In this document: positions 9,649-18,422 of the stretch, one piece after another
Numbering within the stretch: position 1 is the first letter of the stretch
Layout: the number at the start of each line of letters is the position of its first letter
Assembly: GCA_021813505.1 (NCBI GenBank)
Contig: JAKAKI010000040.1
Coordinates: 56,559 to 120,558 of the forward strand
DNA from: a bacterium
Lineage (GTDB): Bacteria; Zixibacteria; MSB-5A5; WJJR01
DNA length: 64,000 nt
Direction: 5' to 3'
Position numbers and translations under genes: made by a program
Notes under the pieces: model-generated
What the model saw: the letters and a program-made list of their open reading frames with translations, nothing else
Database searches by the model: none
What the model was told of the DNA's origin: nothing

Positions 9649-10605
9649 ATGGTAACCATCAATTACGCGTTTCGGGAGATTAGTTGTAAGATCGTCTACT
9701 ATGGCCCGGGTCTGTCCGGCAAGACGACCAATCTCCAATACGTGCATGATCGTGTCCCGTCCAAGTCCCGGGGAGATCTGATCTCCCTGGCCACCGAGGC
9801 GGACCGGACACTCTTTTTCGATTTCCTGCCGATTCACGTCGGTGACATCGCCGGGTTCGCGACCAAATTCCAGTTGTACACCGTGCCGGGCCAGGTCTTC
9901 TACAACGCCACGCGGAAGCTGGTGCTTCGCGGCGTCGATGGGATCGTGTTTGTCGCCGATTCGCAGACGGCGAAGATGGACGAGAACATCGAGTCACTGA
10001 CCAATATGTTCGAAAATCTTCGCGAGAACGGTATTGATCCGGCGGATATCCCGATCGTGCTGCAATACAACAAGCGTGATTTGCCGGACATCGTTTCCAT
10101 CGAAGAACTCCAGAAACAGCTGAATCCCTCCGGGTGGCCGTACTCCGAGGCATCAGCGGTGAGTGGCATCGGCGTCTTCGACACCCTCAAGCGAATCACC
10201 AAAATGGTGCTGGAACAGACCAAACGGCGGACGGCCGTCACGCCTGACGGTTTGCCGCAGATGGGTGAGGGAGTGCAGCCGTCTCCTGTCCACGAGCCGC
10301 ACGCCGCTTCCAGCATTTTGGAATCGAGTGGAAAGATCGCCCGGCCCCAAGCGCCTGCCGTTGCGGAAAGCTGGCCGTCGCCCAGCGATGCGCCGGTGGC
10401 AGTCGCTGCCGAAGAACCTGCGGTTACCGTTGCCGCGCCGGCCTCCAGAGAATCCGTTTCATCGGAGCGCCTGGGCGGGGCACCTGAATCGAATTCGTCA
10501 TCCTCGCGTGGCCGGATTGTCATGGCTGCGCAGCCTAGTTTGCGTATCCGAACCCGGCAGCGCTCGTTCTGGGGGCGCGTGCTGGATTGGTTGTCCGGTC
10601 GTTAG
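9649..10605 (+). CDS. mglA: Ras-like small GTPase MglA with ~125-aa low-complexity C-terminal extension
   Basis: N-terminal 195 aa are near-colinear with Myxococcus MglA ('INYAFREISCKIVYYGPGLSGKTTNLQYV...TLFFDFLP...YTVPGQVFYNATRKL...VFVADSQ...QYNKRDLP'). They are followed by a Pro/Ala/Ser-rich tail ending 'RQRSFWGRVLDWLSGR'. Confidence 0.85.
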   Translation: MVTINYAFREISCKIVYYGPGLSGKTTNLQYVHDRVPSKSRGDLISLATEADRTLFFDFLPIHVGDIAGFATKFQLYTVPGQVFYNATRKLVLRGVDGIVFVADSQTAKMDENIESLTNMFENLRENGIDPADIPIVLQYNKRDLPDIVSIEELQKQLNPSGWPYSEASAVSGIGVFDTLKRITKMVLEQTKRRTAVTPDGLPQMGEGVQPSPVHEPHAASSILESSGKIARPQAPAVAESWPSPSDAPVAVAAEEPAVTVAAPASRESVSSERLGGAPESNSSSSRGRIVMAAQPSLRIRTRQRSFWGRVLDWLSGR

Positions 10606-10615
10606 GAGGTGACCG

Positions 10616-11095
10616 ATGGCGTCGCATTCATTTGTACTATTCGAAGAGCAGATCAATCAGATCAACGCAGCCTTGCTGCGGATGATCAAGAAGGCAGAGG
10701 CGAAGTGTGCTCTCCTGGTGGACAAGGATGGCCATCTGCTCACCCGACAGGGGTTCACTCAAACCCTGGATACAACTGCGCTGGCGGCGCTGCTGGCTGG
10801 GAGTTTTGCCTCTACCAAGGAGATCGCCCGTCTGGTGGGCGAGCCGGAGTTCTCGGTGCTATTCCACCAGGGGAAAAAGGACCACATCCACATTTCGCTG
10901 GTGGGTGAGCGGTGCATTCTCGCCGTCGTGTTCGATGATCGCACCACCATTGGAATGGTGCGCCTATACGCCAAGGAAACCGGCGACCGACTCAAGGAGA
11001 TACTGACAGTCACAGGGAATCGTGAGGAGCCCGCGTTAGATCCCGATTTCACCCGGTCCGCCGGGTCGAAGATCGACGCGGTCTTCAAAGAGTAG
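10616..11095 (+). CDS. mglB: MglB (Roadblock/LC7 GTPase-activating protein of MglA)
   Basis: 159 aa with strong similarity to M. xanthus MglB ('LLVDKDGHLLTRQGFTQTLDTTALAALLAGSFAS...EFSVLFHQGKKDHIHISLVGERCILAVVFDDRTTIGMVRLYAKE'). Confidence 0.85.
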   Translation: MASHSFVLFEEQINQINAALLRMIKKAEAKCALLVDKDGHLLTRQGFTQTLDTTALAALLAGSFASTKEIARLVGEPEFSVLFHQGKKDHIHISLVGERCILAVVFDDRTTIGMVRLYAKETGDRLKEILTVTGNREEPALDPDFTRSAGSKIDAVFKE

Positions 11096-11165
11096 AGGTT
11101 CCTCCAGCCTTTTTGCCGGCATGTGACCATTCACCGCGGTTCGCCCGCGTGTCAGACGAGAGACC

Positions 11166-12857
11166 ATGTCCCAAGAACTCGGCCATATGCTGGTCAAGGC
11201 TGGGAAGATCACGCCTGAGCAACTGGCTCAGGCGCTCGAACGGCAGAAATCCAGCAGTGAGAAATTCGCCGACATCCTCGTCCGCATGGGTGCGGTGGCC
11301 GATGAGGACGAGCTTACTCATTTCATCGGCCGCCAGCTCAACATCGGGGCTCTGCGCTTGTCCGATGTTGAACTCAACCCCGAGATCGTCAAGGTCATTC
11401 CGCTCGATATTGCCCGGCGTTTCAATGTCATCGCCATTTCCAAACTGAACAAGACGCTGGTGGTTGCCATCAGTGATCCGCACAACATCTATGTGCTGGA
11501 TGCACTCAAGTTCATCACGGGATGCACGATCCAGCCCGTCATTTCACCGGAACGGGCGATCGGACGCGCGATTGACCAATACTACCGCGACAGCGGCGGT
11601 ATCGGTGATCTGCTCAAGGGACTCGAGGATGATGGCGGGCTTCAGGTCATCGAAACGCAGGACGCGCTGGACGAATCCGATCTGCGTTCACAGGTGCAGG
11701 ATAAGCCCTTGGTCAAGCTCGTCGATGGCATCATCATGGAAGCCATCCGGCGGGGTGCCTCGGACATTCACATCGAGTCGTACGAAAAGCGCGTGCGCGT
11801 CCGTTACCGCATCGACGGCGTGCTGCATGAAACCGAGCCACTGCCGTTCAAATATCGGGCCGCCATCGTTTCGCGCGTCAAGATCATGGCCGAACTCGAC
11901 ATTTCGGAACGCCGTCTGCCGCAGGACGGACGCATCAAGGTCAAAGTCGGCGCGCGGGCGGTTGACCTTCGCGTATCGGTGCTGCCCACGATTTTCGGCG
12001 AAAAGGTCGTGATGCGAATTCTCGACCCGCAGTCCCTGATGGCTGACCTGACACAACTGGGATTCCCGGAGCTCGCGCTCAAGAACTTCCAGCATGCCAT
12101 TTCCCTTCCCTACGGGATGATCCTCGTCACGGGACCCACAGGCTCCGGCAAGACGACCACACTGTACTCGGCGCTGAAGACTCTGAACGATCCTGAGGTC
12201 AATATCCTGACCGCCGAGGACCCGGTGGAGTTCAATTTTGACGGAATCAATCAGGTGCTGGTCCGGAGCGACATCGGCCTGACCTTCGCGGCATCGCTGC
12301 GCTCCTTCTTGCGACAAGACCCCGACATCGTGATGGTCGGCGAGATTCGAGATGGAGAAACCGCGGAGATCGCGATCCGCGCGGCACTGACGGGGCACCT
12401 TGTGTTTTCCACGCTTCACACGAATGATGCGCCCTCCTCGATCAACCGTCTGATCGATATGGGCATTCCGCCATACCTGGTCGCCTCGGCCACGAAGCTG
12501 ATCATGGCCCAGCGAATGACCCGAAAGATCTGCCCGCATTGCCGCAAGGAAATCGAGCTTACGCCCGAGCATCTGGCGGCTCTGGGGATCGCCCCGGAAG
12601 AGGCAAAAGAGCTTCATGTCTTTGAAGGAGCGGGTTGCGCGGAGTGCAATCACACCGGACTGTCCGGGCGAACGGGTATTTTCGAGGTGATGCCGATTTC
12701 GCCAATTGTTGAGCGGATGGTCCTCGACTCCGCATCGGTGGATGAACTTCGGCAGCAGGCTGTCAAGGAAGGGATGCTCACCCTGCGTATGGCGGCGGTG
12801 GGGAAGATGAAGCTGGGACTCATTCCGATTGAGCAGGTTCTGGCAGAGTCCGCCTGA
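11166..12857 (+). CDS. pilB: Type IV pilus assembly ATPase PilB (GspE family)
   Basis: N-terminal T2SS_E_N-like domain. Walker A 'GPTGSGKTTTLY'. Tetracysteine motif 'CPHCRKE...CAEC'. Confidence 0.9.
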   Translation: MSQELGHMLVKAGKITPEQLAQALERQKSSSEKFADILVRMGAVADEDELTHFIGRQLNIGALRLSDVELNPEIVKVIPLDIARRFNVIAISKLNKTLVVAISDPHNIYVLDALKFITGCTIQPVISPERAIGRAIDQYYRDSGGIGDLLKGLEDDGGLQVIETQDALDESDLRSQVQDKPLVKLVDGIIMEAIRRGASDIHIESYEKRVRVRYRIDGVLHETEPLPFKYRAAIVSRVKIMAELDISERRLPQDGRIKVKVGARAVDLRVSVLPTIFGEKVVMRILDPQSLMADLTQLGFPELALKNFQHAISLPYGMILVTGPTGSGKTTTLYSALKTLNDPEVNILTAEDPVEFNFDGINQVLVRSDIGLTFAASLRSFLRQDPDIVMVGEIRDGETAEIAIRAALTGHLVFSTLHTNDAPSSINRLIDMGIPPYLVASATKLIMAQRMTRKICPHCRKEIELTPEHLAALGIAPEEAKELHVFEGAGCAECNHTGLSGRTGIFEVMPISPIVERMVLDSASVDELRQQAVKEGMLTLRMAAVGKMKLGLIPIEQVLAESA

Positions 12858-12960
12858 TCCATTTCTATCAAGTGGCCCCTGCCGGAAGCCGATAAATCCT
12901 AAAAGGGCGTATTGGGCAAGCGAAAGTCAACGAATCAGCTCGGGGAAAGACACTGATCAT

Positions 12961-14061
12961 ATGGTGACGTTAAGAGAATTGCTGGAATTGGCGCATCAGC
13001 GCAAAGCATCCGATCTGCACCTGACAGTGGGATCTCCCCCACAGTTGCGCATCGATGGCCGGCTGGTTCGTACCGAAATGGAGCCGCTGACGGCCGAGCA
13101 GACCAAGAAGCTGGCGTACAGCATCATGAACGAAAAGCAGCGGAAGAAATTCGAGGAATCCTGGGAGCTGGACCTCTCCTTTGGAATCGAGAATCTCAGC
13201 CGTTTTCGCTGCAACGTATTCGTCCAGCGCGGCAATGTGGCCGTGTCGATCCGGCAGATTCCGTTCAAAATCAGCACCTTCGAAGAGCTGGGCCTGCCCC
13301 GCGTGGTCAGCGAACTGGCCAACCTGCCGCGGGGACTCGTGCTCGTCACCGGACCGACCGGATCGGGCAAATCGACGACGCTGGCGGCGCTGATCGACAA
13401 GATCAACCGCGAACGCTATTGCCACATCATCACCGTCGAGGACCCGATCGAATATCTGCACCGGCACCACTGTTCGATCGTCAACCAGCGCGAGGTCTAC
13501 TCGGATACGACGTCGTTTTCTTCGGCGTTGAAGTATGCGCTGCGCGAAGACCCCGACGTCGTGCTGGTGGGCGAAATGCGCGATCTGGAGACGGTCGAAT
13601 CCGCCCTGCGGATTTCCGAAACGGGCCACCTGGCGTTTGCCACGTTGCACACGAATTCCTGCGCGGAGTCCATCAACCGCATCATTGACGTGTTTCCGGT
13701 CAATCAGCAGGAACAGATTCGCGTGACGCTGTCATTCGTGCTTCAGGCGGTCGTCTCGCAACAGCTGATTCCGCGCGTCGGCGGCGGCCGTGTGCTGGCC
13801 CTTGAGGTCATGATTTGCACGCCGGCGATTAGGGCGGTCATTCGTGACGACAAGATTCATCAGATATACAGTTTGATCCAGGCGGGGCAGAAGTTCGGCA
13901 TGCGCACGATGAATCAGTCGCTGGCGGAATTGTACCTGGGGCGGAAGCTGACGATGGGCGACGCGGTTGCCCGGTCGAGCAATCCGCAGGAAATCAATGA
14001 TATGATCCAGCGCAGCCAGGTGCTGGCCGGGACTCGCGACCACGCAACAGTAGGAGGTTGA
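12961..14061 (+). CDS. pilT: Twitching-motility retraction ATPase PilT
   Basis: Start at internal ATG 12961 (the ORF has a spurious N-extension). 'GPTGSGKSTTLAALID', 'AFATLHTNSCAESINRI'. Typical PilT length (366 aa). Confidence 0.9.
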   Translation: MVTLRELLELAHQRKASDLHLTVGSPPQLRIDGRLVRTEMEPLTAEQTKKLAYSIMNEKQRKKFEESWELDLSFGIENLSRFRCNVFVQRGNVAVSIRQIPFKISTFEELGLPRVVSELANLPRGLVLVTGPTGSGKSTTLAALIDKINRERYCHIITVEDPIEYLHRHHCSIVNQREVYSDTTSFSSALKYALREDPDVVLVGEMRDLETVESALRISETGHLAFATLHTNSCAESINRIIDVFPVNQQEQIRVTLSFVLQAVVSQQLIPRVGGGRVLALEVMICTPAIRAVIRDDKIHQIYSLIQAGQKFGMRTMNQSLAELYLGRKLTMGDAVARSSNPQEINDMIQRSQVLAGTRDHATVGG

Positions 14062-14062
14062 T

Positions 14063-15262
14063 GTGCCTCTGTTCGAATACAAAGGGAAGACACTTGCCGG
14101 CACCGCGGTGGCGGGCGAACTCCGCGCCAAGAGCCGGGCGGATCTCGAACGCCTGTTGCGCCGCAAGAAGATCATGATCTCGAACGTCAGCAAGAAGCCG
14201 TCGCAGCTCAAATTCAAGCTGGGAACCGGCATCAAGAAGATCGAGATCTCGCGTTTCACGCGGCAGTTCGCCACAATGATCGGGGCAGGTCTGCCGATGG
14301 TGCAGTGCCTGGACATCTTGTCCAAGCAGATGGAGTCCGCCGAACTGCGGCGCATTGTCGGGCAGGTTAAAGAGTCCGTCTCGAGCGGCTCGACCTTGGC
14401 CGAGGGACTCTCCAAGCACAAGAAGATTTTCGACGACCTGTACGTCAATATGGTCGAGGCCGGTGAGATTGGCGGTGCCCTGGACACGATCTTAGTCAGG
14501 CTGGCCAATTATCGTGAAAAGGCCGATGCCCTCATCCGCAAAGTGCGCGGGGCTCTCGTCTATCCGACCGTCATCGTGGTGGTGGCACTGGCCGTCACGT
14601 TCATTATGCTAACGTGGATTGTGCCGGTGTTCGCGAAGATGTTCTCGGGCCTCGGTGCGGAATTGCCGGCACCGACGCAGATCGTGCTCGGTATCTCCGA
14701 ATTCCTCCGTCAAAACGTCGGGAAGATCCTCCTGTCCTTCATTGCACTGGGTGTCCTCTTCCGGATGATGTTGCGAACCGACAAAGGACGGCTGAACTTT
14801 GACCGGTTTATGCTGAAGGCTCCATTGATCGGTACGCTGGTACGCAAGAGCGCGATCTCCCGCTTTACCCGCACGCTGGGAACGTTGATTTCATCGGGCG
14901 TTTCGATTCTTGACGCCCTGGAGATTACGGCCAAGACGGCGGGCAATCGTGTGATCCATGATGCCATCCGCCGATCAGTGCTGGCGATTGCCGAAGGTGA
15001 TACGATTACCGGACCTCTGGTCCAGACCGGCGTATTTCCGCCGATGGTCACGCAGATGATCTCGGTCGGCGAAAAGACCGGCGGGCTGGACGATATGCTT
15101 TCCAAAATTGCGGACTTCTATGACGAAGAGGTCGACGCTGCCGTCAGTGCGCTGACATCAATCATTGAGCCGGTCATCATCGTGTTCATGGGCGTGGTGA
15201 TTGGAGGCATTCTGATCGCCATGTATCTGCCGATGTTCGACATCATCGGGAAGATCAAGTAA
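14063..15262 (+). CDS. pilC: Type IV pilus inner-membrane platform protein PilC (GspF family)
   Basis: GTG start 2 nt after the pilT stop, with 'aggagg' RBS at 14053-58. Two GspF repeats. 399 aa. Confidence 0.9.
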   Translation: MPLFEYKGKTLAGTAVAGELRAKSRADLERLLRRKKIMISNVSKKPSQLKFKLGTGIKKIEISRFTRQFATMIGAGLPMVQCLDILSKQMESAELRRIVGQVKESVSSGSTLAEGLSKHKKIFDDLYVNMVEAGEIGGALDTILVRLANYREKADALIRKVRGALVYPTVIVVVALAVTFIMLTWIVPVFAKMFSGLGAELPAPTQIVLGISEFLRQNVGKILLSFIALGVLFRMMLRTDKGRLNFDRFMLKAPLIGTLVRKSAISRFTRTLGTLISSGVSILDALEITAKTAGNRVIHDAIRRSVLAIAEGDTITGPLVQTGVFPPMVTQMISVGEKTGGLDDMLSKIADFYDEEVDAAVSALTSIIEPVIIVFMGVVIGGILIAMYLPMFDIIGKIK

Positions 15263-15346
15263 TCAGTTGACGCAAACGTGACCGGCGCCCCCAGGGGCGC
15301 CGGTCATTCCCCAGGTTGCCTGAGAGCCGGGCCCGGAAATCCTCCC

Positions 15347-17119
15347 ATGTTTGTCTACAGCCGGCGCCATTCCGCAGTTGCTCTGCGGCCGTCCTGGGTG
15401 GTTAGCACGCGCCTGGTGGCCTATGCCGTGACGACAGCGCTGGCGTGGCCGCTGCTTCGAACCACGCCGTATCTCACCAGTTCGCTGATCATCTACACCA
15501 CGGCCACGATCACGACCGTCCTGGCGGTGCTCATGGGACGGCGGCACGCGGCGTCTCCGCTTGCCTCGGTCCTGAGGGCCGCACAGATTGCCTGCGAACT
15601 GGTTGTCGTCTCGCTGATCGTCCTTCACACCGGCGGGACACGGTCGCCGTCGTTCTACCTGTATCTGACCACCATCATCTCCGCGGCGGTGTCGTATCGC
15701 CTGATCGGAACGCTCTTTGTGGCATCGGCGGCGACGGCGGCCTACTGCGTCGTGGTATGGATCGACTCCGGCCACGGGCTCTCGATCTTTCAGCCCAATC
15801 AGTGGCTTGGGACTGTCCGGCAGCTGTCGGATGAGGACTTCTTCACGGCATTCGTACGACTGTGCATTTTCTACCTCTGCGCGTTTGTCGGAGGGTACTT
15901 GGCGGAGCGGCTGTCTTCGAACGATGAAGTGCTGGCACACACGACGGAGGCGCTTAAAGAGGCCAAGCTCGAAACCGGTGATATTCTGAAGCACCTGAAT
16001 TCCGGGATCTTTACGGTCGATCTGGAAGGCCGCATCGTCTATTTCAACCGGGCGGCGGAGGAAATTCTCAGACTTCCGGGACGGCGCGTGCGCGGACGCC
16101 ACTTCCATGAGGCCTTTGAGGGACGATACCCTGAGCTGGTCAGCCGGCTCGAGACGGTGCTGCACTCCCAGAAGATGGATACGCGCACCGAGCTGACGAT
16201 TGATCACGCCGATGGCACGAAGACGCCGATCGGTCTATCGACGTCGGTGCTTGCCGATGCCGAGGGGAAGGCCCGGGGCGTGATCGGAATCTTCCAGGAT
16301 TTGACCGAGCCCAAGATGCTGGAAGAGAAGTTGCGGGCAAAAGACCGCCTGGCAGCGGTGGGCGAACTCTCGGCGGCGATCGCGCATGAAATCCGCAATC
16401 CTCTGGCGGCCATCTCAGGATCCGTTGAGGTTCTCCGCGACGAATTGAAACTCGAAGACGACAACCGGCGGCTTTTGAACTTGATTGTCAAGGAATCCGA
16501 TCGGCTCAACAAGATCCTGACGGACTTCCTGATGTACGCGCGCATTCGTCCGACCGTCGCCGGGCGGGTCAGCATTGCGCCGGTGATCGATGACGTGCTC
16601 GAGATCACGCGGCGGCATTTCCAGGGGCGGTCGGTCCAGTTGCGAACACGGCAGGCCGACCAATCATTGGCGGTGCAGGCCGATGCCGACCATCTGAAAC
16701 AGATCTTGATCAACCTGGTCTTCAACGCCGTCGAGGCGGGCGAGAGTCCCGACAGCGCCGTGACCGTGATTGTCGAAATCCCGCACGTGTTGCCCTTTGA
16801 CCCAAGGTTTGATGCCGACCGGAACAACCCGGCCCAATGGGTTTCCATCGCGGTCCACGACAATGGCGGCGGCATACCCGTTGAGGTCCGCCACCGTCTC
16901 TTCGAACCGTTTGTGTCCTCCAAGCCATCCGGAACCGGTCTGGGACTGGCCATAACCTCCCGGCTCGTCGAGAACATCGGTGGCGCAATCACGGTGGAAA
17001 GCCAGCCCGGACGCGGCACCACGATGGGAGTACTCCTGCCCCGGTGCGCGGCCACTGGCGAGGCTTCGGCATCGGACGAGACTTCCCCGCAGGACCTCGC
17101 GGTCGTGGCTCACAGCTAG
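15347..17119 (+). CDS. pilS: PilS-like sensor histidine kinase (6-TM N-domain, PAS, HisKA, HATPase_c)
   Basis: Start at internal ATG 15347. Six N-terminal TM helices. PAS ('FTVDLEGRIVYFNRAAEEIL'). H-box 'ELSAAIAHEIRNPLAAI'. N/G boxes 'HDNGGGIP...GTGLGLAI'. Adjacent to pilC. Confidence 0.75.
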   Translation: MFVYSRRHSAVALRPSWVVSTRLVAYAVTTALAWPLLRTTPYLTSSLIIYTTATITTVLAVLMGRRHAASPLASVLRAAQIACELVVVSLIVLHTGGTRSPSFYLYLTTIISAAVSYRLIGTLFVASAATAAYCVVVWIDSGHGLSIFQPNQWLGTVRQLSDEDFFTAFVRLCIFYLCAFVGGYLAERLSSNDEVLAHTTEALKEAKLETGDILKHLNSGIFTVDLEGRIVYFNRAAEEILRLPGRRVRGRHFHEAFEGRYPELVSRLETVLHSQKMDTRTELTIDHADGTKTPIGLSTSVLADAEGKARGVIGIFQDLTEPKMLEEKLRAKDRLAAVGELSAAIAHEIRNPLAAISGSVEVLRDELKLEDDNRRLLNLIVKESDRLNKILTDFLMYARIRPTVAGRVSIAPVIDDVLEITRRHFQGRSVQLRTRQADQSLAVQADADHLKQILINLVFNAVEAGESPDSAVTVIVEIPHVLPFDPRFDADRNNPAQWVSIAVHDNGGGIPVEVRHRLFEPFVSSKPSGTGLGLAITSRLVENIGGAITVESQPGRGTTMGVLLPRCAATGEASASDETSPQDLAVVAHS

Positions 17120-17302
17120 CGAGACACGTGGCGAGTGCGACCGTCACGGGAGCGCCCTGCATTCCCCTCGAAGTGATTTGTCTGTGACCGTCATGGTCCT
17201 CTAACTCCATCGTGCACAACAAGGTTTTGCCCGCACGTTCGGGGTTTTCCATTGACTCACCGCTTTGGCTTGCCGTATGATCCTGTGCTCAAGAAGGATC
17301 AG

Positions 17303-18280
17303 ATGGAAAAGACGCTTCAAAAGACCCTCGCCCCGATTGCTGATGGGTTGCGGGATTTTGAGGAGGCGTTTGCCGCAGCGCTCGGCGACCACGCCGGACT
17401 GATCGGGGCCATGGCTGCCCATGTTCTGGCGTCGCCGGGCAAGAGGATTCGCCCGGCAATGTATCTTCTGACCTCTTCGATTGCCCGGACAGGGGAGAGA
17501 CCGACCCCAATTGACGGCGCTGTCGCCATTGAACTGATCCACACGGCCACTTTGCTGCATGACGACGTAAACGACGGTGCCGAGCAACGCCGGGGCCGTC
17601 CCGCAGTCAATCGTCTCTGGGGCAATCTCTCGGCCGTTCTGATGGGAGACCACCTGTTTGCCAAGGCGTTCCGAATCATGGTTCGCCTGGGCGATGCCCG
17701 CATCCTCGATTCCATCTCCCACGCCACAGAACGCGTGGCGGTCGGGGAACTGTTGCAGGTTCAGGAAGTTCGGAATTTCCAGCTTGAGGAATCCGGCTAC
17801 CTCCGGATCATCGGCGACAAAACGGCGTCCCTGTTTGCGGCGGCTTGCGAGTCGGGGTCTCTGCTCAGCGGGACAGATCGCTGGGCCTCACGTTTCCGCC
17901 AGTTTGGCGAGTCGGTCGGGCTTGGATTTCAGATTGCCGACGATCTTTTGGATTATGTGGGCGACCAATCACTGACCGGCAAGCCTGTTGGCAATGACCT
18001 GAGGGAGGGAAAAGTAACACTCCCCTTGATCTTTGCCCTCAAGCATGGGCCGGAGTCGGAACGCCGCCATATCCTGGAGCACATCTCCAACGGGCACGCC
18101 GAAAGCAGTTTTTCGGAGGTTGTCGGCTTTGTCGAACGGTATGGGGGATTTGCCTATGCCCGCGGGCGCGCCGAGGAGTATTGCGCCCGGGCACTCGATA
18201 TCATCAAAGACGCCGGAGACTCGGATCACAAACTGGCGTTGGAGGCAGTCGTTAATCACGTCGTCAGCCGCCAGTCGTGA
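17303..18280 (+). CDS. Polyprenyl diphosphate synthase (IspB/HepT-like trans-isoprenyl diphosphate synthase)
   Basis: First Asp-rich motif 'LLHDDVNDGAEQRRG' and second 'FQIADDLLD'. An alternative upstream ATG at 17252 is in frame. Confidence 0.8.
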   Translation: MEKTLQKTLAPIADGLRDFEEAFAAALGDHAGLIGAMAAHVLASPGKRIRPAMYLLTSSIARTGERPTPIDGAVAIELIHTATLLHDDVNDGAEQRRGRPAVNRLWGNLSAVLMGDHLFAKAFRIMVRLGDARILDSISHATERVAVGELLQVQEVRNFQLEESGYLRIIGDKTASLFAAACESGSLLSGTDRWASRFRQFGESVGLGFQIADDLLDYVGDQSLTGKPVGNDLREGKVTLPLIFALKHGPESERRHILEHISNGHAESSFSEVVGFVERYGGFAYARGRAEEYCARALDIIKDAGDSDHKLALEAVVNHVVSRQS

Positions 18281-18422
18281 CTCAAGGCCAAACCGGCGGA
18301 TGAATTCTTCACTCCCACCGTTGCCGTGTGACTCCAGACGCCAATTTCCTGCCAACGGGATGCCTGCCGGAGTGTAGAAGCATCCGTTGTTCGGTGACAC
18401 GTAAGCTGGGCCGCCAGCAGCT

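Noticed and set aside
11688-12653. 321-aa minus-strand ORF antisense to pilB
   Set aside because: Arg/Asp-rich low-complexity translation with no family resemblance. It lies entirely inside the well-supported pilB CDS, and is a typical high-GC antisense artefact.
15263-16207. 314-aa minus-strand ORF antisense to the PilS-like kinase
   Set aside because: Arg/Gly/Pro-rich composition, no recognisable domain. It overlaps a strongly supported kinase gene on the opposite strand.
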